Of a stretch of DNA of 46,976 nucleotides, positions 9,280 through 18,705 are shown piece by piece. The notes beneath the pieces are model-generated. The model did not search any database and was not told where the DNA came from. It saw nothing but the letters and a program-made list of their open reading frames with translations. Position 1 is the stretch's first letter. Every line of letters starts with the position of its first letter. The translations under genes and the position numbers were made by a program. This stretch comes from Candidatus Dojkabacteria bacterium. Its GTDB lineage: Bacteria > Patescibacteriota > Dojkabacteria > SC72 > JAHDCA01. The stretch spans positions 1 through 46,976 of the forward strand of contig JALWDW010000005.1 in the NCBI GenBank assembly GCA_027036675.1, read 5' to 3'.

Positions 9280-12200
9280 ATGAATACTAGCACAAAAACA
9301 AGCTTCTTCAGTGTATTGCATTACGCGTTGTTGTTATCTTTATTTGTAGCAATTTGGGCGGGAATACCGACGAGGCACGTGCTTGGATATCTGCATACAC
9401 AGTCTTCGACATTGGAAATCGACGCCGATACATATATAGAGGAAAACTTCCCAGATACGGCTCCATGGAACAATCGCAATTTTTATATCGGATTGGATAA
9501 TCTATACAACAAAGGGCATACCGTGGCATATCTGCATTACAATTTGGATGGATACAGGCAATTGTTGGAAGAAGGTCGGCTACTGGAGGCAAACTTGCAA
9601 ATATTCCAATATTATCCAAGCAACGGACAACCGTACACATTGAATATCTCTATTCCTTATGGCACTTGGGACGAAGAAAATCTGACATGGCACGACAATA
9701 TTCCCACATCGCAATATTCGACGGACATAAACCTGAGTGGCGGAGTCGGATACAAATACTTGGATATCGCGTCACTGATCCGCCTGCAGGCGCTAAACGG
9801 CTCGCTACAGGACAACGGCTTACGTCTGGCCCAGGCGGATGACAACGAGCACAGCAAGGTCTATTGGTCTATCGCATGCCTCAACCCACCCACCGGGGTC
9901 GGTTGCGTGGACGGGCAACAACCCAAGATCAGCTTATTGTTCGACGTCAACAACCCTCCGCCCACGCCATCCCCATCGTCTCCCACGAGCGGTCTGCTGT
10001 CCGGCCGATCGGACATCACCACGAGCTGGGACGCTGTGGACGATCCAGATGGAGATAACATCACATATACTCTCCAAGTTTCAACCTTACCGAGTTTTAC
10101 GTCGATCGCATACGAACATGATACGGATTCAACAAGCCTGGAGATAGGCCCGTTGGAAGACGGAGACTATTTTTGGCGACTCCGGGCCGGTGACGGAGAG
10201 AGAAACTCAGATTGGAGTAGTGCATACGGATTCACAATTGATACGGAAAATACCACAAAAATCAATTTGGTGGACGAACCAGAGTTGACGTATGGCAATG
10301 AAAACACAATTCGATGGAGTATTGTTGAATTGGATGAACATATTCATTCGGGTTTGCTTGAAGTATCAAAGGAAGCGGATTTTCCGGACGAGCTTACGCG
10401 TCAAGTGACTCTATCGTACGAACAGCTGAACTTGGGAGAAATTACAATTTCCGATCTTGCAGACGGGCAAGAATACTTCTACAGATTGAGAACCGATGAC
10501 GAAGTAGGGAATTTATCTCAATGGACGAATACCGTATCTTCCACTCAAGACCAATCACCACCGATTTTTGCGGACTTTCAGGCATCTCAACTATATATCT
10601 CACCGACAACAAGCCCAGGAATATTGGATGAAACGGAGATCTCTTTTCAAATTGACGACTTGACTGAAGTACAATGGACTTTGACATGGAGTAACGGAGG
10701 AAATAGTGGTGTCATCGCACAAACTGACGGATCAGATATTGACGGCAACCGTCATACTATCATATGGAAGCCCCTCGATTTAAGCGACGGAGATTACCTG
10801 CTGCAATTGACCGCATCCGACAAATTCGCACAAACATCTCAAAGTGATATCATTCTCGTACATATCGACAACACGCCTCCCAAGTCTCCTCATATCAAGG
10901 TTCCGCAAGACGGATATCGCACAAACAAAGACTCCGTATATTTTACTGCTGATTGCCCACGGGTCGCATCGCACCAAGTTTTGTTGGATACACGTATCGT
11001 ATATGATACATGCGACGAACAACTCATCGATATATCCGACTTAAATGACGGCCCGCATACATTATCCGTACAGTCGACCGACCGCGCCGGGAATACATCC
11101 AGCGAAGCTGTCACGTTTTCAATCGACAGGACACCACCCCGTACGCCGGATTTTGAGATCAACGCTGTCGGATCTGAACTCTATTTGGACGTCAAACCGG
11201 GTAGTACGTATAATAACCTGTCGATATTCACCAAGGCGGGAATGCTGTTGCAATCTGGTCCCAGCGTTACTCATATCAGACTTCGAGACAATTGGAGCTA
11301 CAATACAGTCTACGAATATCGCATCCGTGTATCCGACGAGTTGGGCAACACAAGCAATTTCTCAGACTGGCGAAGCTTCAAACGTATGCACGAAACACGT
11401 GTCGGCGGTGGCAACGATGACCCTACCATAAGCACGGAGTTACCCGCGGCCGAAATTTGCAATCTCACTTACGATATGAATAAACGAGCTCTGTACAGGG
11501 ATGAATGCCATGCTCCCGCACCCGTACTTGCCTCCGCAATCACTCAATCATCCGATGGCAAACAATGGATAACCTTCGGTATAGGACGTGTCAATCGACA
11601 TATACAGGCACATATACGATATATACAGTGTAAAAAACGATCGTGGCGAGACCCGCTCACATGGTTCCGTTGCGTTTCCGAGGAAGTGAAAACTGTAAAC
11701 ACGTCGATAACGCCAACAATTTCCTTCTCCGTCAATACCGGAGAATACTTGAGTACTCGTACGATTTTGGTACAAAGCGGCATCGATGACGGGTTAGTAA
11801 AATACCAGGCCTTTTCCAAAAGCAAGCCCTCCTCCCCCACCGCGTATATGACAGCTTATACTGACGCAAATATCAATGTGGAGGGCAATCTATATGATCT
11901 GCAGTTGGCACCGGTGAATTCAAATACCGTTACTATCGATTTCAAAAGTGTCGATTCGATCAAACAGGCACATGGTAAACAATTTCGATTCCCATTCGAC
12001 CATATAGTGGGGGTCACACAATGGCACGGACATACCGCATATGATCCCAACCATACGGGGATTGATTTCGGTGCGGTAAGAGAACCCATATATGCGATGG
12101 ATGACGGTTTCGTGCGGTACATAGGGTATGATACGTATTACGGACGTTGCAATAGCGGTGGAAATACCTTACGTATCGAGCACGACAACGGTATGCAAAC

Positions 12201-12486
12201 AGTATTCATGCACCTAAGTGACTATAACAACGGCAATGGTGGTTCATTGAAGGTCGGACAGCGAGTGAGCAAAGGAGATCGTATCGGTACCACAGGCAAC
12301 TCAGGCGCCGCAAATTGTAAACCGCTCGGTTACCATCTGCATATGGAAATACGCCGAGGGAGAGCCCAAAGCACGCACGTCGACCCTGTCCCATATATTG
12401 ATGTCGACTGGTCACAGGTACGTACATTGCGCGCCAGTGAATTCCCCGGACGCCTTACCGGCGACAACCCTCACCCGGGTTATTGA
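9280..12486 (+). CDS. Large membrane-anchored/secreted protein with repeated beta-sandwich (FN3/Ig-like) modules and a C-terminal M23 (LytM-type) peptidase domain
   Basis: It has an N-terminal hydrophobic helix (FFSVLHYALLLSLFVAIWAGI). Repeated modules include DPDGDNITYTLQVS..DGDYFWRLRAGD and TDRAGNTSSEAVTFSIDRTPP. The C-terminal region carries M23 motifs HTGIDFG, GNSGAAN and GYHLHMEIR. Confidence 0.9.
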   Translation: MNTSTKTSFFSVLHYALLLSLFVAIWAGIPTRHVLGYLHTQSSTLEIDADTYIEENFPDTAPWNNRNFYIGLDNLYNKGHTVAYLHYNLDGYRQLLEEGRLLEANLQIFQYYPSNGQPYTLNISIPYGTWDEENLTWHDNIPTSQYSTDINLSGGVGYKYLDIASLIRLQALNGSLQDNGLRLAQADDNEHSKVYWSIACLNPPTGVGCVDGQQPKISLLFDVNNPPPTPSPSSPTSGLLSGRSDITTSWDAVDDPDGDNITYTLQVSTLPSFTSIAYEHDTDSTSLEIGPLEDGDYFWRLRAGDGERNSDWSSAYGFTIDTENTTKINLVDEPELTYGNENTIRWSIVELDEHIHSGLLEVSKEADFPDELTRQVTLSYEQLNLGEITISDLADGQEYFYRLRTDDEVGNLSQWTNTVSSTQDQSPPIFADFQASQLYISPTTSPGILDETEISFQIDDLTEVQWTLTWSNGGNSGVIAQTDGSDIDGNRHTIIWKPLDLSDGDYLLQLTASDKFAQTSQSDIILVHIDNTPPKSPHIKVPQDGYRTNKDSVYFTADCPRVASHQVLLDTRIVYDTCDEQLIDISDLNDGPHTLSVQSTDRAGNTSSEAVTFSIDRTPPRTPDFEINAVGSELYLDVKPGSTYNNLSIFTKAGMLLQSGPSVTHIRLRDNWSYNTVYEYRIRVSDELGNTSNFSDWRSFKRMHETRVGGGNDDPTISTELPAAEICNLTYDMNKRALYRDECHAPAPVLASAITQSSDGKQWITFGIGRVNRHIQAHIRYIQCKKRSWRDPLTWFRCVSEEVKTVNTSITPTISFSVNTGEYLSTRTILVQSGIDDGLVKYQAFSKSKPSSPTAYMTAYTDANINVEGNLYDLQLAPVNSNTVTIDFKSVDSIKQAHGKQFRFPFDHIVGVTQWHGHTAYDPNHTGIDFGAVREPIYAMDDGFVRYIGYDTYYGRCNSGGNTLRIEHDNGMQTVFMHLSDYNNGNGGSLKVGQRVSKGDRIGTTGNSGAANCKPLGYHLHMEIRRGRAQSTHVDPVPYIDVDWSQVRTLRASEFPGRLTGDNPHPGY

Positions 12487-12529
12487 CGGATTGGATATGA
12501 GAATTAATATAATTACAGTATAATAAACT

Positions 12530-13372
12530 ATGAAATACAAAATAAAATCCATTTTATCCCTTCTAATCGTCCTTCTATCAATCGTAGTTCTGTTAATAAT
12601 CGGGTGGATCATTGTATCTTTGAACTCCGCCCCCGAGGGGAATGAAATGCATACTACCGCGCAAAATGAATTGGTAGAAGACCGACTATACACGATCGGT
12701 CAACTTGACGAGGACCCTCACAAGCCTTTGGAGACACGTTTTGGGTGGATTACTTCGGATACAGCATATCTCGTCACAGAGGATGCACTTGAGCTATATG
12801 ACCCGAAGTCAAGACAGGTGACAAATACCGATCTGTTGTTGAAGGAGAAAAGCATTATCTCAGTAAATTCCCCTCAAGAAGCTTTCATTTGTGAGTGGTC
12901 AAACAAAGACAGGCACGACGAATCCGACTACGGCACCAATATCAATATAGTCAGAGTCGACCTTGAGAGTCTTTTGAACAATGGCGCGACCCAACCCCAA
13001 GTAAAATCAATCGGATGGACACGCACAGTACAGATCAAACCCCTTCTGCAACCATTGTCGTGCGACGCAAAGTCTATCCGCTTGCAGGAGTATTTGCCGG
13101 TCTATGAGTATGCACAGTATCTGTATGATTTGGAAACAGGTACCTTGGCAAAATCAGACGAGGACAACACCGGCAACGATTGCACTTTGACTGCAAGTCA
13201 GACGGATCCCCGCGGTTCGGCCCAACCCGAAAAGACGGTGATCTCTTGCAACGGTGCTTCGCCGATTACAATCTCAGCTCCGGGGGTTGAATTTATATCG
13301 GCAAAGCTTGATCCAACAAACACAAAATACTTGATTTTGGATACGAACCTTCGCGTTTGGTATTACCACTGA
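12530..13372 (+). CDS. Hypothetical protein with an N-terminal membrane anchor
   Basis: This is a 280-aa ORF starting 43 nt after the M23 gene. It has an N-terminal TM segment (ILSLLIVLLSIVVLLIIGWIIV). A TATAAT box at 12519-12524 lies 5 nt before the ATG. I recognised no family. Confidence 0.6.
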   Translation: MKYKIKSILSLLIVLLSIVVLLIIGWIIVSLNSAPEGNEMHTTAQNELVEDRLYTIGQLDEDPHKPLETRFGWITSDTAYLVTEDALELYDPKSRQVTNTDLLLKEKSIISVNSPQEAFICEWSNKDRHDESDYGTNINIVRVDLESLLNNGATQPQVKSIGWTRTVQIKPLLQPLSCDAKSIRLQEYLPVYEYAQYLYDLETGTLAKSDEDNTGNDCTLTASQTDPRGSAQPEKTVISCNGASPITISAPGVEFISAKLDPTNTKYLILDTNLRVWYYH

Positions 13373-13957
13373 GTCCTAAGAGTTATCCTTTATTTAGCTT
13401 TATACTGAGAATCAGGACTATCATACAGGCCACAAAGTTTGGTTAAAGGCCAAAATTATTCGCTTCGTGGCAGGTCGCAATCCTGATCATATATGATACG
13501 TATACATGCCTACCTATACCGATGCGGCACCAGTATAAACTCAAATTTCTTTTTCACTGTAGTTCAGCACAACGACCGATTGCGACGAGACGGCGGCTAC
13601 CGTCATCGCCAATATTCCTTACGTAGGAGTTACGTTGTAGGCATCAAAAAGATGTTCGTACCAGTGCACCAGGCACTTCGACTCAACAGTCCGGACTTGT
13701 AATCGATGTTAATCGTTATACCCCGTACGTTGCACAGAATACATCGCACCGGCCAGGTACAACCAACTTTCAAACCGTACATGAAGCCCTCTCGCAACTA
13801 TGACGAACTCGTACTTGCAAGTTACAAACCCCGTTGCCCACTTGTGGTCTTGCATACGGGATCCGCTGATGGCGACATTCAAGTTGTATCCAACTGTCGT
13901 AATAAAGGCCTAGGAGACGTGATTCAACCACCACACAATCGTGGAAAGGCCCCGACT

Positions 13958-14422
13958 CTACAGCGAAAGTTCCTCTCGATCCGTACCAGAGTCCCGATAA
14001 CCGTTGACAATCGCCATCACTCTGATAAATGCCAACACAAAAACTATAACCGCGCTACCCCAACACCATTGGCAGATCTTATGTATCCTGAAAAACTCCA
14101 GATACCGCAGATAGATAGTGAACAAAACTCCGACTCCCAGCGTAAGATTTATCAACAATAATTTTCGTTGGGTCGGCAATGGCATCACAGAATTCAGGAT
14201 CAACAGCGAAAGGTAAAAAACAATCCCCAACACTGAAATCGGTATACCAGCGATATACCCATAGGCACTGTTCAATACTTCACCACACCCGGTGGTGCAC
14301 ATCATCGACAGCGATGCAGAGTGTTGCGAGTACCACAGGTACGCCGATATCATAAGTCCAACGGTCGACAACCCGGCGATGATTTGTCGTTCTCTTTCTA
14401 CAAGCGCGAGCATCGGCGTCAA
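13958..14422 (-). CDS. Vitamin K epoxide reductase (VKOR) family membrane protein
   Basis: The protein is polytopic, with the loop cysteine pair CTTGC and the membrane CxxC motif CQWC. It lies directly downstream of a DsbA-like gene. Confidence 0.8.
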   Translation of the reverse strand: MTPMLALVERERQIIAGLSTVGLMISAYLWYSQHSASLSMMCTTGCGEVLNSAYGYIAGIPISVLGIVFYLSLLILNSVMPLPTQRKLLLINLTLGVGVLFTIYLRYLEFFRIHKICQWCWGSAVIVFVLAFIRVMAIVNGYRDSGTDREELSL

Positions 14423-14476
14423 TATATGAACATGTATATTATCACGTTAACTGGCAAGCAACCCCGACCAACTCAC

Positions 14477-15325
14477 TTACTTCTCAGTTTCCAAGAGCGG
14501 GTCCAATATATCGGCAAAATAGCTGTATGGGTATGCACCGGCAACCACAGTACCTACAACATCTCCGTTTTCATCCAGCGTCCCAACCACAAACCCGGGC
14601 GTCCCACTGATGCCGAGCGAATTGGCTTCCTCAGCGTCCGAGTTGACTTTGGCCAGTGTATCATCATCATTCATACATGCTTCAAATTTGCTCTTATCCA
14701 ACCCTTGAGCGGTGGCCAAGGCTGATAAATCAATATTGCCACTAAAATTAGCGTCGGCAAATATGGCGTCATGCAACCCGAAAGCCGTCTCCGATCCGCC
14801 AAGCTTATTGGCGCATATTATTGCTTTTGCCCTATCCATAGCTTGGGCGTGCAATTGAGGTAAAGGTAGGTTTCGAAATACATATATCGCCTTACCAGTG
14901 TCAACATAGTTCTTGACCAATTCTTTCTGCGTATTCAACGCATGTCTTTGGCAAAACGGACATTCCATATCACTAAACTCTATGATAGCTACTTTGGCGG
15001 TATCACGGTTGCCAAGGTACGCATTGTCGCCACCAATATTGGTGGTCACTTTGGCACTTGGAGCAGGTGATTCAGCCTTTTTCCTACTCGGAGCCGTCGG
15101 TTGTTGCTCCCCGACACCCGGTTCGTTCGCAGCACTCGTAGCGGCAGTAGTACTCTGCGTTTGTGGTGTCTGCGATCTATTGTGTAGTCCGAAAAACACC
15201 CCCATTGCAATCATGAATCCAGCAGTCATGATCGCTATCGGCATCAGGAAAGGCCCTATGTCCACCATCTCGTTCTGCCCGTTGGAGACTAGGACATCGT
15301 CTTTGGATTTATTATCTTTCTTCAT
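14477..15325 (-). CDS. DsbA-family thiol:disulfide oxidoreductase, membrane anchored
   Basis: It has an N-terminal TM helix and a low-complexity linker, followed by a thioredoxin fold with the active site FSDMECPFCQRH. Confidence 0.85.
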   Translation of the reverse strand: MKKDNKSKDDVLVSNGQNEMVDIGPFLMPIAIMTAGFMIAMGVFFGLHNRSQTPQTQSTTAATSAANEPGVGEQQPTAPSRKKAESPAPSAKVTTNIGGDNAYLGNRDTAKVAIIEFSDMECPFCQRHALNTQKELVKNYVDTGKAIYVFRNLPLPQLHAQAMDRAKAIICANKLGGSETAFGLHDAIFADANFSGNIDLSALATAQGLDKSKFEACMNDDDTLAKVNSDAEEANSLGISGTPGFVVGTLDENGDVVGTVVAGAYPYSYFADILDPLLETEK

Positions 15326-15673
15326 AATTATATATGTGCTTTTATCTTAATTTTATCGATCCTCCGGATTACCGGTGTCATTACGGTATTGAAACAATGG
15401 AATAAGTAAAGACGATACTGAGCGAGTCTTCAGAATTCGATTGATTTCAACCCTATGTTAAGATGATAACATATCACATACATATTTCAAACGGTCGCAA
15501 ATTCTATTTCCGATTGCATCGGGGCTCAACTTCTCAATGTTGATTCCCAAGCCGGGACGTGGTATTCTGTATTACTCTACAAAGAGACCGATTGCTCTTA
15601 ACTTTACTAGCTCTACGGTTAAGTCAGTTCGTGGAGTACGAGTGGAGAAGTATAAATTATCAAAAACCTGCCC

Positions 15674-17260
15674 ATGCAAAAAGAATATATCCAATTAGGA
15701 AACAAAGACGTGTTCAACGGCCAATATATGTTGACTGCATTTCGTATAGAAGGGTACGACGGGAAGTCAATTTTGGACGTTGCAAGTGAGGTTGTGGCCG
15801 AATCATCAAACGGATCGAATGTACACGTCGGCTCAGGCACTTCATTTTCAGCGACAATGGGGGGTATCGTATATGAGGCGGATGAGTCCAAAAACCTTAT
15901 CTACGTCGCATACCCGTGGAGAATGTTTGATAGCGGTGGTAATGTGCAAAATATCATGACATTCATAGCCGGAAACATATTCGGCATGAGTTCGCTCAAG
16001 CAACTTAAACTTCTGGATGTATATTTCCCACCTCAGATGTTGCAACAATACGACGGGCCCAGCACAACAATCGACGACATGCGCAATTATCTGCAGGTTT
16101 ACGATAGCCCGATCCTCGGTACGATCATCAAGCCGAAAATAGGTTTGACCGCATCCGAATATGCCGAACTTTGCTACGATTTCTGGGTGGGTGGCGGTCA
16201 TTTCGTCAAAAACGATGAACCCCAGGCCGACCAGGATTTCTGTCCGTACTTCAAAATGGTTGACGGGATCCGCAGCGCGATGGACAAAGCCGAAGATGAA
16301 ACCGGACAGACAAAAGTTCATTCGTTCAACGTATCCTCGGCCGATTTTGATACAATGATACGTAGAGCCGATTACGTGTATTCCAAGATGCGCCCTGGTA
16401 GTTTTGCCTTCTTGATCGACGGAATCACAGCTGGATGGATGGCAGTACAGACTTTGCGCAGGCGTTATCCTGACGTATTTATCCATTTCCACCGGGCGGG
16501 TCACGGTGCGTATACACGCAGAGAAAACCCGTTTGGTTTTACCGTACCTGTGTTGACGAAATTCGCAAGACTTGCAGGAGCCTCGGCAATCCACACAGGC
16601 ACGCTCGGTGTCGGGAAGATGCAAGGGGATGTGAATGAAGACGGTACGGCCATGCAACAAGGTTTGCGTATACAAGCGCAAGGGCCGTATTTCAAACAGA
16701 CATGGTCCAAAGTATCGGAAGAAGACAGCGACTTGGAAACTATGATACGAGCCGAAGCCAAAATGTGGGAAGCCGGCCCGAGAGAAGTCAGCGATTTAAG
16801 GTCCAAGATAAACCATATGGATCCGCATACCAAACATGCTCACGCAGATTGGAGGCTTATCAAAAAGACCGCCCCGATAGCCTCCGGCGGACTTAATCCG
16901 GTATTATTGCCACGGCTTATCGACGAAGCCGGCACTATCGACTTCATCACCACAATGGGCGGGGGTACACATTCGCATCCGATGAAGACAGCAGCCGGTG
17001 CCAAGGCCATCGTGGAAGCTTTTCATGCGTGGAAACATGGACACACTTTACTGGATGAAGCTCACGACCATGTGGGACACGACACTGAATTGCAAAGCGC
17101 GATACGGTTCTTCGAAAAGCATGGGGTACATCTGACAGAGGAAGATCACCGCAATATCGGTGATGCTCCTGATGATGCTCAGCCGGTCGCACAAAGTCCG
17201 ACTACACATTCACAGCCGATACACGATCACCCTGATGATGCGTTCCCTAGTCAAGGGTAA
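15674..17260 (+). CDS. rbcL: Ribulose-1,5-bisphosphate carboxylase large subunit, form II or II/III-like
   Basis: It contains GTIIKPKIGL, the form II-type carbamylation/metal motif FVKNDEPQ, HFHRAGHGA and PIASGG. A roughly 45-50-aa insertion lies between ...KQTW and KKTAPIASGG. There is also a C-terminal His/Pro/Asp-rich tail (DAPDDAQPVAQSPTTHSQPIHDHPDDAFPSQG). Confidence 0.92.
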   Translation: MQKEYIQLGNKDVFNGQYMLTAFRIEGYDGKSILDVASEVVAESSNGSNVHVGSGTSFSATMGGIVYEADESKNLIYVAYPWRMFDSGGNVQNIMTFIAGNIFGMSSLKQLKLLDVYFPPQMLQQYDGPSTTIDDMRNYLQVYDSPILGTIIKPKIGLTASEYAELCYDFWVGGGHFVKNDEPQADQDFCPYFKMVDGIRSAMDKAEDETGQTKVHSFNVSSADFDTMIRRADYVYSKMRPGSFAFLIDGITAGWMAVQTLRRRYPDVFIHFHRAGHGAYTRRENPFGFTVPVLTKFARLAGASAIHTGTLGVGKMQGDVNEDGTAMQQGLRIQAQGPYFKQTWSKVSEEDSDLETMIRAEAKMWEAGPREVSDLRSKINHMDPHTKHAHADWRLIKKTAPIASGGLNPVLLPRLIDEAGTIDFITTMGGGTHSHPMKTAAGAKAIVEAFHAWKHGHTLLDEAHDHVGHDTELQSAIRFFEKHGVHLTEEDHRNIGDAPDDAQPVAQSPTTHSQPIHDHPDDAFPSQG

Positions 17261-17807
17261 ATGAATCTTTGGTGTAAGCGTACAAGTGAACACCGTTGCT
17301 TAAAACGAATTCGTTGGTGGGCTGAAAGTTTGGCAAGGGATACCTATACGAATAGAAAATACTGCCGGGTTGCAATTCCAAGATCAACTTCTTTTGCAAA
17401 GCCCCCAACGCGCGTCGATTGAGATGCGCGAAAATTCTGTCAAAAGATCCGAAATCTGCGTCAAATAAATTACCCGTCACATTGACCACTCCCCTGCTCA
17501 GCCCAAGGTGTCGCAATTTGAACAAACGCGAATACAACACGAGCAACGGGGAGATCTCGTACCCAACCCCTTTTACGCCGTAAAGTTTCTTCGCAAAGAC
17601 GAGAACACGCCCATCCCCCGACCCGAGGTCGAGTAAACGGCTTTTTTCATTCAAGTCCATTGCTCCAAGCACTTCCTTGACAATCTTGATCGGCGTCATC
17701 ACAGCAGGGACCAACAAAATGGACGACAAAAACAATGCAATCATCGCCCCGACAATCAAGATTATTATAAACATCAAAGCCAGAAAAAAACTGTTCACCA
17801 TAAACAA
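17247..17807 (-). CDS. Class I SAM-dependent methyltransferase with an N-terminal TM helix
   Basis: Motif I is LLDLGSGDGRVLVFA. The 3' end overlaps the 3' end of rbcL by 14 nt in convergent orientation. Confidence 0.75.
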   Translation of the reverse strand: MFMVNSFFLALMFIIILIVGAMIALFLSSILLVPAVMTPIKIVKEVLGAMDLNEKSRLLDLGSGDGRVLVFAKKLYGVKGVGYEISPLLVLYSRLFKLRHLGLSRGVVNVTGNLFDADFGSFDRIFAHLNRRALGALQKKLILELQPGSIFYSYRYPLPNFQPTNEFVLSNGVHLYAYTKDSFTLD

Positions 17808-17831
17808 AACCCTGCGTCAAATACATTTCAA

Positions 17832-17840
17832 TGCTACAAT
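17832..17840 (+). promoter_or_regulatory. Extended -10 promoter element (TGcTACAAT) for truB
   Basis: The sequence aATGCTACAAT lies 9 nt before the truB ATG at 17850. It is the same element as upstream of tyrS and tmk. A mirror-image TGgTATGAT on the minus strand overlaps it and could serve the divergent methyltransferase gene. Confidence 0.45.
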
Positions 17841-17849
17841 CATACCATA

Positions 17850-18560
17850 ATGACCCGAGATATAAGTGCAAATTTCGACGTACACGGCATTTTGCCGATA
17901 AATAAACCGAACGGGATAACATCGTATGACGTTATCCGCAAACTCAAACCATTGCTCCCAAGGAAATACAAAATCGGACACGGAGGCACACTCGATCCTT
18001 TTGCGACAGGTCTGCTACTCATACTGATCGGGCGATTCACCAAAAAGATGGAATATATCCATACTTTACCCAAAGAATATATCGTTGATATGGAGTTTGG
18101 ATTTGAAACCGACACTCAAGACATCACGGGCCGTATCGTCAAACGTATGGAAAATCTACCCCGAATACCGCGAGATACTATTGCAAAGAAGATCGCTGAT
18201 CTACCTGGAGATATCATGCAAACACCCCCAGCCTACAGCGCAGTCAAGGTGGATGGAGTGCCGGCCTACAAGTTGGCACGGCAAAATAAGAAAGTTTCGC
18301 TGAAACCCAAACCGCGAACCATATTCGACGCCACATTGTTGAGCTACGATTGGCCACATGCCGAGGTTCGGTTGAAGGTCAGCACCGGTACATATATACG
18401 CACTATCGTCGCAGATCTCGCACACGACTTAGACGCGGTGGCTACGGCAACCAAACTTATACGCACAAGGATCGGTGATATATCCGTGGAAGACAGTATC
18501 ACTCCGGAATCTGTCAGTACGCAACGGGACTTGATCAACGCCCTTATCCGACCGTTTTGA
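17850..18560 (+). CDS. truB: tRNA pseudouridine(55) synthase TruB
   Basis: It has the catalytic-Asp motif GHGGTLDPFATGLLLILIG and PPAYSAVKVDG. Confidence 0.92.
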   Translation: MTRDISANFDVHGILPINKPNGITSYDVIRKLKPLLPRKYKIGHGGTLDPFATGLLLILIGRFTKKMEYIHTLPKEYIVDMEFGFETDTQDITGRIVKRMENLPRIPRDTIAKKIADLPGDIMQTPPAYSAVKVDGVPAYKLARQNKKVSLKPKPRTIFDATLLSYDWPHAEVRLKVSTGTYIRTIVADLAHDLDAVATATKLIRTRIGDISVEDSITPESVSTQRDLINALIRPF

Positions 18561-18705
18561 CAGCACAGCCCTTAGGTCGGGGATGTCGACCAATGCGTCA
18601 CCCGACGTGGCCCCGTAGGTTCCGTTTTCACTATGTTCCGGCACGGCGACCGACTTTGACGACTTGGAAGCTACTTCATCTCCAAACAACCTTACGGTCA
18701 GGGGA

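Noticed and set aside
8438-13957. Mobile element, prophage or integrative island carrying the M23 cassette
   Set aside because: No integrase, transposase or recombinase gene is present, and neither are terminal inverted repeats of convincing length. The tRNA gene is 7 kb away. Only short flank similarities exist, and these are reported as a low-certainty finding instead.
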